Below, one piece after another: positions 26,588 to 40,010 of a DNA stretch of 64,000 nt. This DNA comes from Paraspadella gotoi (Eukaryota; Animalia; Chaetognatha), in NCBI GenBank assembly GCA_051294375.1, contig CM119263.1, forward strand, positions 23,969,964-24,033,963, given 5' to 3'. Position numbers and translations under genes: made by a program. A model generated the notes under the pieces. That model ran no database searches and had not been told where the DNA came from. It worked only from the letters and a program-made list of their open reading frames with translations. Each line of letters opens with the position of its first letter. Positions within the stretch are counted from its first letter, which is position 1.

Positions 26588-27898
26588 TCTGTTTCTTTTC
26601 CCTCCTACTCTCCTTTCTTCTCTTCTTCCCTTACTAGTCCCAGTACATCTAACTTTCCCGCGCTAATTTCCCCCTAACGATCTGGCTAATTGTCCATTTT
26701 TTACGACCTCAATATGCCCTCGTGACGTCATCCCTCCATTTATCATACATCCGATTCTCCTCGCGCCCATACGCCCATTTTCTATGGCCTCCCCTTTTCC
26801 CTCCCCCTTTATCGCCAGAGGGCGTCGGCCTCATCGAGAGACTCCCCCCCTCCCCCCCTTTCTTCTCTTTCGGCGTCATTCATCAAGTTTCCGGTCCTGT
26901 TTCACGATTCGGAGCGCGGCAGGCGCACGATCGACCGGAGTCCATCGAACACCTGAATATCACGTGATCTAGAATCGAAGAGGACTTGTCCTCCGCCCCC
27001 TTGCTCGTGTCTACATTTCGGCAGATATTAGAGTCTGAAAAATGATAATCCTTCATTTGCAAAAAAGACGACAGCTACGCAGTCTTATGAGATGTTCACA
27101 TGTCACGATCCGTAAGCGATTTAGCAATCTGCGTAATTATTGACAGCCTTTCTTCTTCTTTATTTTTAATACGGAGTCTAATAAAGAATTTTTGCTTTGG
27201 CAAGAAAAGTAAACTGCAAGAGAACGGAGCGTTTGCCAGCAACCGCCCCGCCAGCAACGTTCACCTCTTTCCGTCCGGACTGAAGAAACAAAAGACATCC
27301 GAAAACTATATGTGCTCAAGTTAAGAATCGGAGGAACGTGTCATAAGCCGGCAGCAAGATGCGGATGGGCACGCGGAACTGTCGCACGCAAGAGGTGTGG
27401 TGGCCGGAAGAAGATTCGAGAGAGCTCCGGAGTGCGGAAATCGAAGGAGGAGATATAATTACTACCGATCCGAGAGCGATACACACGACGACGACGACGA
27501 CGGAACGACTGACGTCGTAGCTCGAAGAAAATTAAAGAAATTCAATTTCGCTTGAAAGCACCAAGACATGCGAATGAAAACAATACAACAACGAGCATAA
27601 AGACGGAACGAGACGTACGAGGGAGCGATTAAGGAGGACGACGATGGAATGAATAAGACAAGTGACGAAACGTTTTCCGCCTTTAAGTCTCTCGACGCTC
27701 CATCGTGAGAGTTCCGTCACCGGAGATCCGTGAACGTTCGTGTCGACGTGAACGCTTTCTTTTGTGAATCTCCGTCACCGGTCGGCTAGAGATGGCTTGT
27801 TTTTCCTGTTTCTGTGTCACCTTCGCTGCGAATGCTGTGAAGATTTGGTTCACGTTTTCACTCTAACTTGATGGTGACTGAAGATAGTAACAGAGAGA

Positions 27899-27929
<31 letters not shown>

Positions 27930-30900
27930 GAGAGAGAGAGAGAAGAGATAGAAGAGAGAGAGAGATATTGCTCATCGCCACCGGACGGTATTTACTGAAA
28001 GGGCGCGCGAAGAGTCGAGGCGGACGGAACTTCGAATGAATAACGAAAACTCGCGAATTACGAGGATCGAGAAGAAAATGGGGTCATTAAACGATAAAAG
28101 GGACGGACAAACACATGGACGGACGGTCCGTTAAATTGAAGTAATTGAAGTGGATAGAGGGAGCGTAGGAGTTCGGGACCGAGGATCGACCTCATCGTTA
28201 AGTGTAAGAAAAGTTATGAATGTAGATATTGGATTTCATTTGAACGAAGAACAAGATAATAAAGAATGATTCAAGACTTCATACGTGTTCGTAAGAATTT
28301 TCGAGAAGAAAGTGGAGATTGGATGAAAACGACACTTGTCATATTTTTGATCGGACATTGGCTTAATGCGAGATTTATGATTGGAATCAGAGACGAAATG
28401 GAAAGAAATCTGGAAATATAAGAAATTAAGCAGGCAACAGAACGAGGAAGATGGCGAAAGATAAAGAATATGCCAAAACGATGTTTTGAGTTTGTACGGG
28501 CGCATCGGAGATCTCTTTTCCCTCCCGCTTTTTGTTTGTTCCTTTTTTTTTTTGCTTTTCCTCTTCCTTTTCCCTCTTCCTTCCTTTTTCTTCTTTCTTC
28601 TTTCATTCTCTCTTTGACCGCCGTCTCTACATTTTCCTTTCACTCCTCCCTCGTTCCGTCTTTTGTTTCCTGCTCTTCTTTTCCTCCGTCCGCTTTATCG
28701 AATTTCCGTCGACATCTTCGCCCGCGCCGTTGTTCATTTGTTTTCCATTACGCGGTCGAGCGCCGTCTTCACTTTGTTTTTCTCGTTACAACCGTCAATC
28801 GGCGACGTCCACCGACGCTTCGTTTGTCAAACGGAGAGAGGCGACATCTTGAGGAGGAAGAATGAGGAGCGAAAAGGACGAAGGAGGAAGAGGAAGATAG
28901 GATGGCTAGGGTCAGAAAATGAAGAAGTCTTTCCGAAAGAAGAGAAAAAAAAAAAAACCGAGTCTTGGTCAAACCACTTGGAAAGGATCAACACTGAAGA
29001 TGGGAGAAAATTGCAGGAGCGGGAAAACTAAAAGGGAAATAAGAGAAAGTTTGATCAACCAACAACAAACGACAGCAACAGAATAGCATTTGCATTATCA
29101 TGAAACAAAAACAAAAATATGTCATTGATGAAATCTTTTAAAATGACAAAATTCCTAGGTTTTTGAAATGCAAATAACATGCCATGAGTTCATATTCCCA
29201 ATTTCAAATTACATTCAACAACGATTTTTTTTCTTGGGAGAAAACTTGTGAATAATAGAATGAAAGATCTGACTATGTAAAAAAGGTCGAGCACTCGCCA
29301 AAATAAGAAATGAAAATAAAATAACGAATAAAAAAAGTTTTGTTTTCGTTTAAAAAGAGGTGGACCACAGACCTCCATACACCCCCTTCACCCCCGTCCG
29401 AGATCACTTCGTCTCGCAACCTTTGGATTGGACACTAACGACTGCAAGAGTAAAATCTCTGTCTCTTCTCTCTCTCTCTCTACATACTCTCTCTCTCACT
29501 CTCTCTCTATCTTTCTACTCTCTCTCTCTCTACTTCATCATCTCTCTCTCCTCTCTCTCTCTTCTCTCCTCCTCATCTCTCTCTCTCTTTATTCGCGGCC
29601 TCGCTGTTAGTTTCTGGTCGGGAAAAAACAAACCTTATTTCAAGATAGAACAAGAAGAAGAAAAAAAAGAATGAAGTAGAAAAAAAATGAAGATAAAAGA
29701 AAGAAAAATATTTTTTCTTCCTTTGCCATCTTTTTCGACAAAAAAAAGCGTTTTACTGTTGCGTATTTTTTTTAATTCTACACCCTTGGAAGTAAATACA
29801 CTTCCTCTCTGATTAGGCAATTTTAGAAATAAAAAATAAAATTTAAATTCCTTTTTTCAAATTTTTTTCAAATTTTTTTATAATAATAATATAATCATTT
29901 TTTTTTAAAACTAAAAATTCAAAAAATATTAGATATATTTTCCTATTTTTTCTTTCTTGCGCATTTTCTGTCAGCTGGCACTCAACCAACGTCAATTTCG
30001 TCTCCTTCGTCGTCGTAATCCTCGCGAAATAATTTCATGATATTTCGACGCTTCGCTGGTTTTGTTTAAAGTAGAGAATTTCTTCTCTGACGGCGATGGA
30101 AAAAGAAACAGCGTAGCGCTAAATTTAGAAACACAAAAACATCCTTTTTGGATATCGAAAAAAATATCCATTTCCTATTTTAATTGTTTTATTTATTTTT
30201 GTGAAAAATCAGGACCGATGCTTCTTTTTTTTTTTGTAAAATTTAAAAGCACAATTGTAACGAACGTTCCTATCAAGATAAATACCTTTTTCTTTTCTTT
30301 TGCTTTTCTATTTAGTAATCTTTTTAGTTTTTTTGTCCATGAAAAAAAGGTGGTTTACCATCCTTAGTTTGGCTACTATATATATATGAAATTGGTACAA
30401 CCAAATATAAAAATATGCCATCATTTAATAAATAAGCTATTATCTTGCCCCTGACTTTTGGACGGCCCTGGTGGCCTAAAGCTCCATCACTCTTACAAGA
30501 TAATGACATAGTATTACTACTTATCAACATACTCATGACGACATGATGAGAAAAATCAAAATCTTGATATTATTTTTTCAGTTTGTTCCAACCAAATCTT
30601 CGATCTTAAATTTTCTTTTCCAATCTGCCGGTGTTTCTAGTTATTCGAAATCGCGTAATTCTGATTTTTCTTTCATTTTTTTCTTTCTATCTTATCTTTC
30701 TTTCCTCATTCTTCACTTACCTCTACTTTCTCTCTTTTCTCTCTTTCAGTTTCATGTTTCCCTTCATCCGTTCGATATCAACAGCCTCTCCTTTACATCT
30801 CGCCTCTCTGCGCTCTCCTCATCGTCTTCCCTGCTCCCTCTCCTCTTTTCCGGCATTCTCAGGTCACAAAGATGTTTGGAAATAACAACTCCCCCCTTTC

Positions 30901-31196
30901 TTCTGTTCGCCTCTTTTATCGCCTCGGTAAAAAAAGAAAAAATAGAAAAAAATAGCTTTTATTCTTCTCAATCGACGATAAAACAGGACCCAACGAGGGC
31001 TATCGAATCCCCTTAAAAGGGCCGGTCTCGGACTCGACTCGCGCAAATGCGCGTTCCGGGCCAAAAAAGGCCACGGCAATAAGAAAAAAACCCGGGGACG
31101 TTTTAAGAAAGAGAGAGAGAGAGAGGGAGAGTAGAAAGAGAGAGAGAGAGAGGATGAGAGAGAATGGACAGTAAGGCGTGCCAGGGGTCTTTTCAA

Positions 31197-32766
31197 ATGA
31201 CAGCGACCGGTCCCGATGATCTCAAGGTTGAGGCGAAGAATTGGCTCACCGCCAATCGAATTATCAAAAGAGAGGGCGTTGACCGTTTCAGGCGTTTAAA
31301 AGAAATAGTAACTCAGATAGGTAGCAGTTTAATCATGATGAGAGGAATAATAGTGTTTCTATATTGCAGTTGGGCAGCAATCTTAAGTCTGTGAACAATG
31401 TTGACATGCTCTAACGTAAGTAAGAAATAACAATTCAATATGATAATAAACCCTATTTGGTTATATTATTTGATTTTGCATATGCAACTATAAATGTGGT
31501 TGCGGTCATTTCCCAAGCTCTTTGATGACGGACATTAAGGGTTGATCTCTATCAAAATAAGTAGATAACGGAATTTGGGAAAGGTCTGTCCAAAAAGCCG
31601 GAAACCTCCTGCGTTAAAGAGACTTCGTAGAAGGGTTTAAGGAATGTGGTTTCTTTAAGAATACTACATGTATGAAATTGACATTGTAATGTAATGTATA
31701 AATGTTTAATTGTAAACGCTAAGTATTGGTAGATTTATTCCACAGCCCTACGTGTCGTGTAGAGACTTAAGGTCAAACTCCAGTTCCAAAAAAAAAAAAA
31801 AAAAAAGAGCGCAATGATTTATGTGTGTACGCTATTTTTTTTCTTGGTCCGAAAATACCCCATTTATTGGATTTATGGGTTCGAGTTTACGAAGCCGGGT
31901 CGATCCTTTTTTTTCAGCCATTAATGCGACGCGGTTTTTCGTCGAAAAGAAACGAAAGAAACAGACCTATCGTGATCGGATCACGTGACAAAAACATAAA
32001 ACAAGGATGCGACCGCGGAACGAAGCAGACTATATTAATATTTCGATGTATGTCAAACTTATCAGAGTTTGTTTCAGAGAATTATTTTTCCACTCAAAGT
32101 TTATAAAAAAAAGGTTTTGATGTGAGTACAAATTATAAATATCGTCGGAGCGTTAAAAATTAATTTTTATTAACCTTATATTCTCAAAAAAGATCTTCAC
32201 AAAATTTAAATTTTATCGTACATATCAACCGATTCTTCAGCAAATTTCTGATTAGCGATTCTTCACCCTTTCCTCACAATCTTTCTCAGTCGACTTGGTG
32301 TGGTGTTTTGTGTGAGCCGAAGTTCAACTTTAAAGGTGAAAACAAGATGAATCATCAACTTCTTTTCATTTTTCACGCGATAATATATTATTTTGTAACA
32401 TAAAACAGAGGGAGAGCCAAGTCCTCTTCAAGGCTTGCTTTTGGAAGTAGAAAATAATCCACGATCGGGATTTATCGTACGCGAGTAAAAGGTCTCATTG
32501 CAGACTCAAAGCTTTTGTCAGTTGAGGATAAAGCGCATATTTAAAATTCCGGTTCGAGAAGCCTGTCCTTCAGGCCATTATTTCTCACCGGAATCGCCAT
32601 TACAGCTTCTTTGCGTCATAAAGAAGTGTTTTGGTTGACGTGGACACTGTTGGCAAAAGAGGGAATTTAATTATTAGCGTCGTCACCAAAGAGATTAGCG
32701 AATCTGAATCTTCGACGCTTCGGGCCTTGTTGCCAGAGACGTCAATTGGTTGTAACATTGCACAAT
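31197..32766 (+). CDS. Putative two exons (31197-31320; 32504-~32766) of an unidentified host gene; copies at 49324-49448/50636- and 60463-60578/61712-
   Basis: In copy C exon 1 is open (MTAIRPNDLKVEAKELAHRQ...NINSD) and ends GAT AG|GTAAGC; exon 2 follows TTGCAG|A CTC AAA, giving a phase-compatible junction ...DR-LKAFVSEDESAYLNSGSKPVSSGHYFSPESP (read from copy E). No homology recognised. Confidence 0.3.
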
Positions 32767-34856
32767 GTATTATTTTCAAACTTCACCCTTTAATTCCCTT
32801 GCTCCTTCTTTTCTTCTCTCCTTTTACTCTCTCTCATCTTTCCCTCTTTCACTCTCACCATTTTCAATTTTCCCTTCACAACTAATTCTATTCTGTTCAC
32901 AACTTAAATCTGGTCCTCACATTGACATCTGTCCTTTCTCAAATCTTGTATTGAGAACTGCCCTTTGTCTTTCTCTCTCTCTCTTCTCGTCCCCTCTCGT
33001 CTCTCTGCACTGTCTCTTTATGCACAATAATTGAAACAATAATTCACAAAATCTGTTCAACGCTTGTAAATCAAAGCCGAAACATGTCCGTTTCTAAACT
33101 GAGAATAAATAAATCGTTTTGTTCACAAAACGAAACCAAACTTCAGTCCCTAGAAAAATGGTTTAAAGTATTTTTAAAGGCGTAGCCTAAGCCGCCTACC
33201 AAATATATTAATTATTTATTGTACCCATAAAACATTGGCAACTGATCTCGATCTAACGTTGACATAAAATATTTACGTCTCTATCTAAAATTACTTCTCT
33301 GTTCTGCTGCCACGTTTTTCACGTGTGGATGAAGAGAATCGCCAATATGGACTTATCCTTCAATCCCGAAGGAGAAAAAATAAAGAATAGCAAGAGGAGT
33401 TAACATAAGAAAAACGACACAGGGGTTGAAGAAAAATAAGAAATAAAAGACAGATTTGCAGAAAAATTTGAATAAAAATTACAAGGTAGCCAATAAAGCA
33501 TAAAGGAGAAAATATTGAAAATTCACTAAAAAAAAGGGCCTTGATACTGGCTTCGGTAATGGTTAGTTCTTTGGTCAATAGACATCGGTCAAAATTACAG
33601 GAGACAGGGTTTAATAACCAGTCACGAAATGAACCCGAATTGTTTGCTAACTTTAGTTGGTCGTTTTTGAAAGTCCATAAAATGCTTTCACAAACTGACC
33701 GAAAAATCCTCAATTATAAACCTGGTTAAAATAATAAGCAAAAAATAAAGCAAATTACGTTCAAAACAAAAATGAAAAATGAAACGAAAAAACAAAAAAT
33801 GAAACAAAAGAAAACGGAAACACAAAAAGGAGATGACCTATATTTTTTATATGTATAAAAATATCTAAAAACGTTATGAATCCCACAAAACTGGTTTTGG
33901 TTATAATTCGGGCAACGATCTTGAACAAGTTCTCAGCCTCGATCCCGATTCCAAACCGAGTTTCCTTGATCGGAAATGAAGACATAAATCGGAAGGAGAA
34001 ATCCTCGCGAAAAATCACTTCCTCTTCTAACTTTTTTTCTTTTTCTATATTTTCTTCTTTCTTTTTTTTTAATCCCAAATTGTTTTTTCATTTTTTTTTT
34101 TCTCATCTAATCTTTTCTTTCGAGAAATCTTCAACTGGTTTTTCATTTATTTAATCCCTTTTTCCTTTGTTTTTTTTTTTTTTCGCTTTCTAATCTCTTA
34201 TATTTCTCTTTTGTTTTTCTTTTGCTTAGTCAGCTTTGACAACAATTTTTTGATTTCTCTATTGTTTAGTTTTATCTTTATCATTATCTTAACGTTTCTA
34301 TTCTTTTGTTTTTTACTTCTCCGGTTTTAAATTTCTTTATTTTTTCTTCTGTAACATTGGTAATTTGCATTTTTATAATTATTATTTGAATATTATTTGA
34401 TTATTTAGATAATTATTTGATAGATATTATTTGTGCTGCTTGTGGCTTCTAATAGATCGTATTTAAAAAATAATATATGATTTTTCTCCTACAATTTCAA
34501 GAAAAATAAGATATAAACCGTTTTAACTTGTTCAGAATGTCAATATTAAGATTTATTATTTTCGTTGGGTTAAACCGATTCATGATCCTAAACCAAAAAA
34601 AACTTTATATATTTCTATCAATCCGGTTTGAGCTTAGACTGACTGAAAAAGTAAAGCAAATTGGCCGCGTCCAATTAACCACAGTAATTTAATTAAAATT
34701 TGATTTTCAAAAATAAAAAAGAATGGTTAAAAAGTTATAAAGTTCGTTTCTAATAACTGAGAAAAGATTTTCGATTTCGCGCCGTCTTCCTCTCGCCAGC
34801 ATAACTTCTTTCTTCCAGTCGAAAAAGAGATGCCCAAAGATAACATCGGAAAAGTG

Positions 34857-34893
<37 letters not shown>

Positions 34894-35174
34894 GAGAGCA
34901 GAGAGAGAGAGATCGTTTCCAATCATGATCTGCCGTCGCTTCATCGTTATTTTTCCTTTCGTTGACAGAAACTTGATTAGGTCGAGAAGTAAGAGAAAAG
35001 GATTAAATGGGTGTTGTGGGGTCGAACCCCTTGGTTTTCCATCTGTGAATTGTAAGGGGAAAAGAGAGTTGGGCCTTTGAACGCGGGTCAGCTAATATCG
35101 AGAAGCGAATCGCTGACACCGATGGAAGGATTTTAATCTGCCCCTGAGGTGTTGTGAAATGAGGTAACTAATTG

Positions 35175-35650
35175 ATGAAATGAATGAAGTGAATGTAATA
35201 ATGAATGAATGAATGAATGGATAATGAATGATGAGATGAATGAAATGAAGAATGAATGAATTGAATGCAACCTAAGCTCAAATCTTCGCCTTGTAGGATC
35301 TTTTCCCTGGCAAGCCGACAGCTGTCCGTCCTCATCCCGCCTTAACAACTGGAGCCAACCAGGGATAAATGATGAAAAGAAAGAAAGAAAGAAAGAAAAG
35401 AAAGAACAGAAAAAAAGAAAGAAAGAAAAGAAAGAATGAAAGAAAAAGAAAGAAAGAAAGAAAGATAAGAAAGAAGGAAAAAAGAAAATAGATAAGAAGA
35501 AAACATAGAAAGAAAAAGAAGAAAGAAAGAAGAAAGAAAGAAAGAACAAGAAAATATTTGTCGTCGTTCCGGAAAGAAAGAAAGAAAGAAAGATACCAAA
35601 AAATATTGTCGCGTTCCGGAAAGAACGAAAGAAAGAACAGAAAAATGAAA
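35175..35650 (+). repeat. (TGAA)n and (GAAA)n low-complexity tracts
   Basis: Directly visible at ~35175-35265 and ~35375-35650. Confidence 0.85.
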
Positions 35651-36164
35651 AGAAAGCAGTTACAAAAAATATTTGGTCGTCGTTCCGTGAAAGTTTCCTG
35701 CGAGCCTGAACCGAATCACGCGCCGAAAAGTAATAACATAGACGATCGAATAACGAACGACGACGTCAACGACGACGTCAACGACGATGTTTTCGTCAGG
35801 CGATCAAGGCGATCTCATTTCCCCCGCCTTTCTCCTCTGACGGAGGCGGTTCGTGGCGGTTGAGGGCGGGTAAACGACGTTCGTAGTGGGAGTGCGGAAA
35901 CAAGGCGTTTGAGACCGGCGGTGGCGGTGTTGGCGGAATGGTAGGCAGGGGTGGCGGCGGCTTTGTTTGGCGGCGCCGGGCGGTTCGCGGCGGGCCGGCA
36001 GGAGACATTTGCGCGAAGATGACGTCAACGAGGCGGAGTGAACCGTCGCTCTTACTTGCGCGCGAGTCGTATTTGGATCCGGCCTCTTCTCTCTCTCTCT
36101 CTCTCTCTTCATTCTCCTTCCTCTCTCTCTCTCTCTCTCTTCTCTTCTCTCTCTCCTCTCCTCT

Positions 36165-36198
<34 letters not shown>

Positions 36199-36768
36199 TT
36201 TATCTTTCGTTTGCACTGCCCGAACGTGTTTAAAGAAAAACGAAAAGATTAAAGTTTTCTGTAGCAAGAAATTCTATGACTCCTTTTGAAGATGGGATGT
36301 GAAAAAATTTGATCGGAAGGAAATAGAAAGAAGAAAAAAAAGACCACTCTTCCTTTAACTATCCTCTAACTATTCTCTCTCTCTCTCTCTCTTCCTCTTC
36401 TCCTCTCTCTCGTCTCCTCTCTCTCTTCTGTTCTCTCTTCATCTCACTCTCTTTCTTTTTGAATTATCGGGGCGACGTGCTGGACGAAATTCGGCGAAAT
36501 TAATGACGAGTAGTTTTGAGATGAACGAGGAGAAGGGGGCGTAAGACGGTCGTCGCTGCGGAAGGAAGGATGGAACGGATACGAAATGGGAGCACATTGG
36601 TTTCCCACGGTTTCCGGAAGCAAAGAAAATCTACGCGCTAATATTGATAATAGGAAGCATTTATTTACTCCGGGACAAATGAAAGGCGGGAAGGGGAAAA
36701 AATGGGGAGAAATGGAGCGGACCGTGTGGGGCTCCGGATGAAGAGAGAGATGAGAGAGAGAGAGGAGA

Positions 36769-36825
<57 letters not shown>

Positions 36826-36976
36826 TGAGCCCGAGCGATAAATTAGGTTTTTCGGTTTGGTTGAGGGAATTTTAAAAAAATTCAAATTCGTCAAGATCCA
36901 TAACTCCTTCGTATTTTTTTTCTACCCATTCTTTCCCTGACTCCCCTTCCTTTCCTCGACTCCAATATACCCACAG

Positions 36977-37285
36977 GATAAATACCAATCCGCTCGGCCA
37001 ACCGCTGTGACCATGGCAGTCCTTACTTCCAACGACCCTAAGCGATAGGCAGGATGATTACGAGTCGCCCAAGTATGACATGCGTTCTCAGCCGGCGGAA
37101 TTCTACGACCTGAGCGCCGGCGGACTACGACTTTGCAATCGAATACAAACGTTTTGCTTGGGTCCGGTTTTTTTGTAAGCATGGATCTAAGAGAGCAGCA
37201 AGCACTCTAAATGCGTTCAGCCCTCCACTCGTTGCTCAAGATGGCTTCCTCTCGATGGCCGCAACGGATCTTGATGTGGAAGGAC
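36977..37285 (+). CDS. Putative exon resembling a nuclear hormone receptor ligand-binding domain (frameshifted as assembled)
   Basis: Pyrimidine-rich tract plus CACAG acceptor, and a GTAAGA donor; high-complexity island among SSRs; stitched translation YESPKYDMRSQPAEFYDL..DYDFAIEYKRFAWVRFF.SMDLREQQAL.MRSALHSLLKMASSRWPQRILMWKD resembles the helix 3-5 signature (IE[YW]xKxxxxFxxLxxx[DE]QxxLL). Confidence 0.4.
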
Positions 37286-37369
37286 GTAAGACGGCCACGC
37301 GCCAATGACGCACGAAATCGTAAAACACTCGGTACGGCGAAGCAGACCGAGAAAATAATCTATGAAGAT

Positions 37370-37408
37370 AGGAGGAGAGGTAGAGGAGAAGAGCAGAGAT
37401 GATAAAGG

Positions 37409-37453
<45 letters not shown>

Positions 37454-38270
37454 AGAGAAGAGAGAGGAAGCAGAGAGGGAGGAGAGAGGGGAGGATATGA
37501 GAAGAGAAGGGAAAAAGACAGCAAAGAAATAGGAACCAATAAAATATAATGAATAAAAGTCAGAGAAGAGGGACGGAAGAAAGAGAAAGAAGGGAGGAAA
37601 GAGAAAGAAGGGGAGAAAGAGGAGAGGAAGAGAGGAAAGAGGAGGACAAGGAGGAAGAGAAAGGAAGGAGGAAAGAGGGATGGAAGGAACAGGGAGGAAA
37701 AAGGAGGAAAGGAAGAAATGGGGAGGAAGCCGCCAAATTTAGGATTAGCTGGCGGGAATTAAAGCGGGAGAAAGGAAAAGAGAAAGAAAGAGGTCAAATA
37801 CGAAAAAGCGAACCATATATAATGAAGGAGGATGGGATAGGGCTGAGGAGGAGAGAGAGGAGGAGAGGAGAAGCGTAGGAAGAGGAGGAGGACAAGATCC
37901 GGGAAAACGAAAGTCCGTAATGTTTTGAAAAAATAGGATAAGTTGGCGAGGAAAGAAGTGCGTAGTCGCAAGTTGACGACGGAAACGACAACGAGACACG
38001 ACGACCAATCGGTGAAGAAAAAACACGAAGCAATAGGTTGATTATTGTTCCTCCGAGGTCATTGACTCATCGAAGCGTGAGATTTTAGTTTTTTGTCATC
38101 GTCGCAGGAAAATTAAGAAAGAGCAAAAAAAAATGAAAGATGAAAGAGAAAAAGAAATGTGGACGATGCATGATGATGATGAGAGTGGATGATATGATGA
38201 TGAGATATGAGATGATGAAAGATGATCGAATGATGATGATGATGAGAAGACACGACGACGATGTGACGAT
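37370..38270 (+). repeat. (GA)/(GGA)-rich and (ATG)n low-complexity tracts
   Basis: Directly visible; similar (CT)n/(GA)n tracts recur throughout the window. Confidence 0.85.
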
Positions 38271-39847
38271 TTTTTGTCGTGTGGAGTACAATCAAGATTT
38301 TGTTTTAAAAACACCCATAAAACTCAACAAACCTAAAAGCGGAAAATCGTTTTTTTTTTTTCTTCCGAGAGAAGGAGCGTCGTCCCAGGGTTCAATCTTT
38401 ACAGAAAGATTGAAAGAGAAGAAATCTGTGGATGAAAAAGGAAGAAAAGAATTAATAAGAAATAGAATATGAAAAAAAGGAAGTAAAGGTAATACTTAAA
38501 AGAATGAAGGATCGTGGTTATAGAATTTTTCGGAGAATATAAAAAAAAATTGGAATGGAAAGTGGATTATGGGTCCTGTCTGAAGGAAGAGCATAGGTCC
38601 GAATTCCAGAACGGAAAGGACCCGAGAAAGGATTGGACCATCGGGAAGAAGGGCAAAGGGGAAAGAAGGATAGAGATTATTATAATGGAAAGAAAAAAGA
38701 GAAATCAGTATATGTGATAATGCAATTAAGTTGTGATATAAAAAATAATAAGACAAAAGAGGAAATGAAAATTAGACAGGAATTAGACCAAGAAATAGCT
38801 TTTTCAAAACCAGTTCTATTGTCGAAAAGAAATATAATTTCCATTTCTTTTCTCTTTTCCCATTTCCCGCCCAGTCATCTTTTCATTTATTTATAGTTCT
38901 TTTCTCTTTTCCATTTCCCATTTTCCATTCTTTTCATTCCATTTCTTTTTTTTTTCCTCTCCAATTCTTTCCTCCATCCATTTCATCTCTCATGCTTTAT
39001 TTTTAACCATTTTCTATATTATTTCTATTTTTCTCCTCTCTGGTTTTCTCATTTTTCCCCTTCTCAATTGACCGCCGCGGACGGAAACGCCAGATCCATT
39101 CTCCGCCGGGTCGCGAGGTCGCAAAAACGTCCATATAGAGGATAAACGACGTCAGGGGAAAACGGCGCGCGAGTCTCCGTTGACGTCCCAATGTAAGCCA
39201 TTGATCTTTTTTTATTGTATCCATTGTTCGTCGGTTTTTTTCTTTTCTTTTTTTTCTTTTTTCTCTCTCTATGTTTATTGTTCGTTGTTATCTCTTGACG
39301 ACCGTCGGTTATTTTATGACTATATATCTATCTAATGAAACATTATTATCCATTATCGTTTCATTTGTAACAATGACTGTCAATGTATTATTTGTCATTG
39401 TCTGCCTCCATTGAACCATTTCATGTTGTCGTTGTCGCTCTTTATTAATCGTTGTATCATGAAATTATGTAGCCAGCGTTGTTCTATCCATTGAACGTCG
39501 GATTGACTCCTATGTATCTTATTGTATTCATTCTAAGGTATTCATATGTTTACACCTGTGAGCGACTTCATAGTTAAACTTCCCTGTCACAATTTTTAGT
39601 CAAATGGAGAAAATAACTAGTTGAATTTCTTTAACCCATAAATCACCAACACTGGATGTTCGTGTCTGCGGGTTTGGACGTTCGTCACTCACGACGACAG
39701 ACGACGACGACGACGACGTACCGACCCGAGACCGACAATCGCCGCGAGGCGTTGCTCTCATGCGCACGACCAAGGGTTGACCTCGCCAAGCTAAATTTTG
39801 GTTCCTCCTGGGAATCCGGTTCTGTTTAACCGGGAATTCGAGGAGAG

Positions 39848-40010
39848 AAAAGTCGCCGGAAACCTTGGCTTCACAGCGCAAAGGCCGGAGAAAGTCGGTC
39901 CGGAAACTTGGCTCCAACAGGAAAGGGCCGGAACCGAAAAAGTTGGCCGGAAAAAACTTGGCTCCAGGCAAAGGCCGACGAAAAGTCGGCTAAAAACTGG
40001 CTCCCGGCAA
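39848..40010 (+). repeat. ~42-bp GC-rich minisatellite, about 4 units
   Basis: Recurring AAAGTCGGCCGGAAAACTTGGCTCCAGGCAAAGGCCGG-like unit. Confidence 0.8.

Larger units (their letters stand above)
21243..35136 (+). repeat. Host segment copy B (no LTR elements; carries the MITE)
   Basis: Shares landmarks with copy A (ccatggcgacagcggagaaagtggg; ctaaacggaaaaagtc) and with copies C and E, up to gatggaaggattttaa (copy C). Confidence 0.9.

Noticed and set aside
35005-35040. GGTTCGAACCCC T-arm-like motif (clearer at ~53150) suggesting a tRNA or SINE
   Set aside because: No acceptor, D or anticodon arms and no tail or TSD recognisable.
21243-35136. The repeated unit as a giant mobile element (Polinton, Helitron or endogenous virus) or an rDNA/histone array
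   Set aside because: No polymerase, integrase, helicase, capsid, rRNA or histone motifs seen; copy boundaries vary and mostly coincide with gaps.
35551-35695. Three spaced aaaatatt(t)gtcg..cgttccg repeats, superficially CRISPR-like
   Set aside because: The spacers are GAAA low-complexity sequence, the context is eukaryotic, and there are no cas genes.
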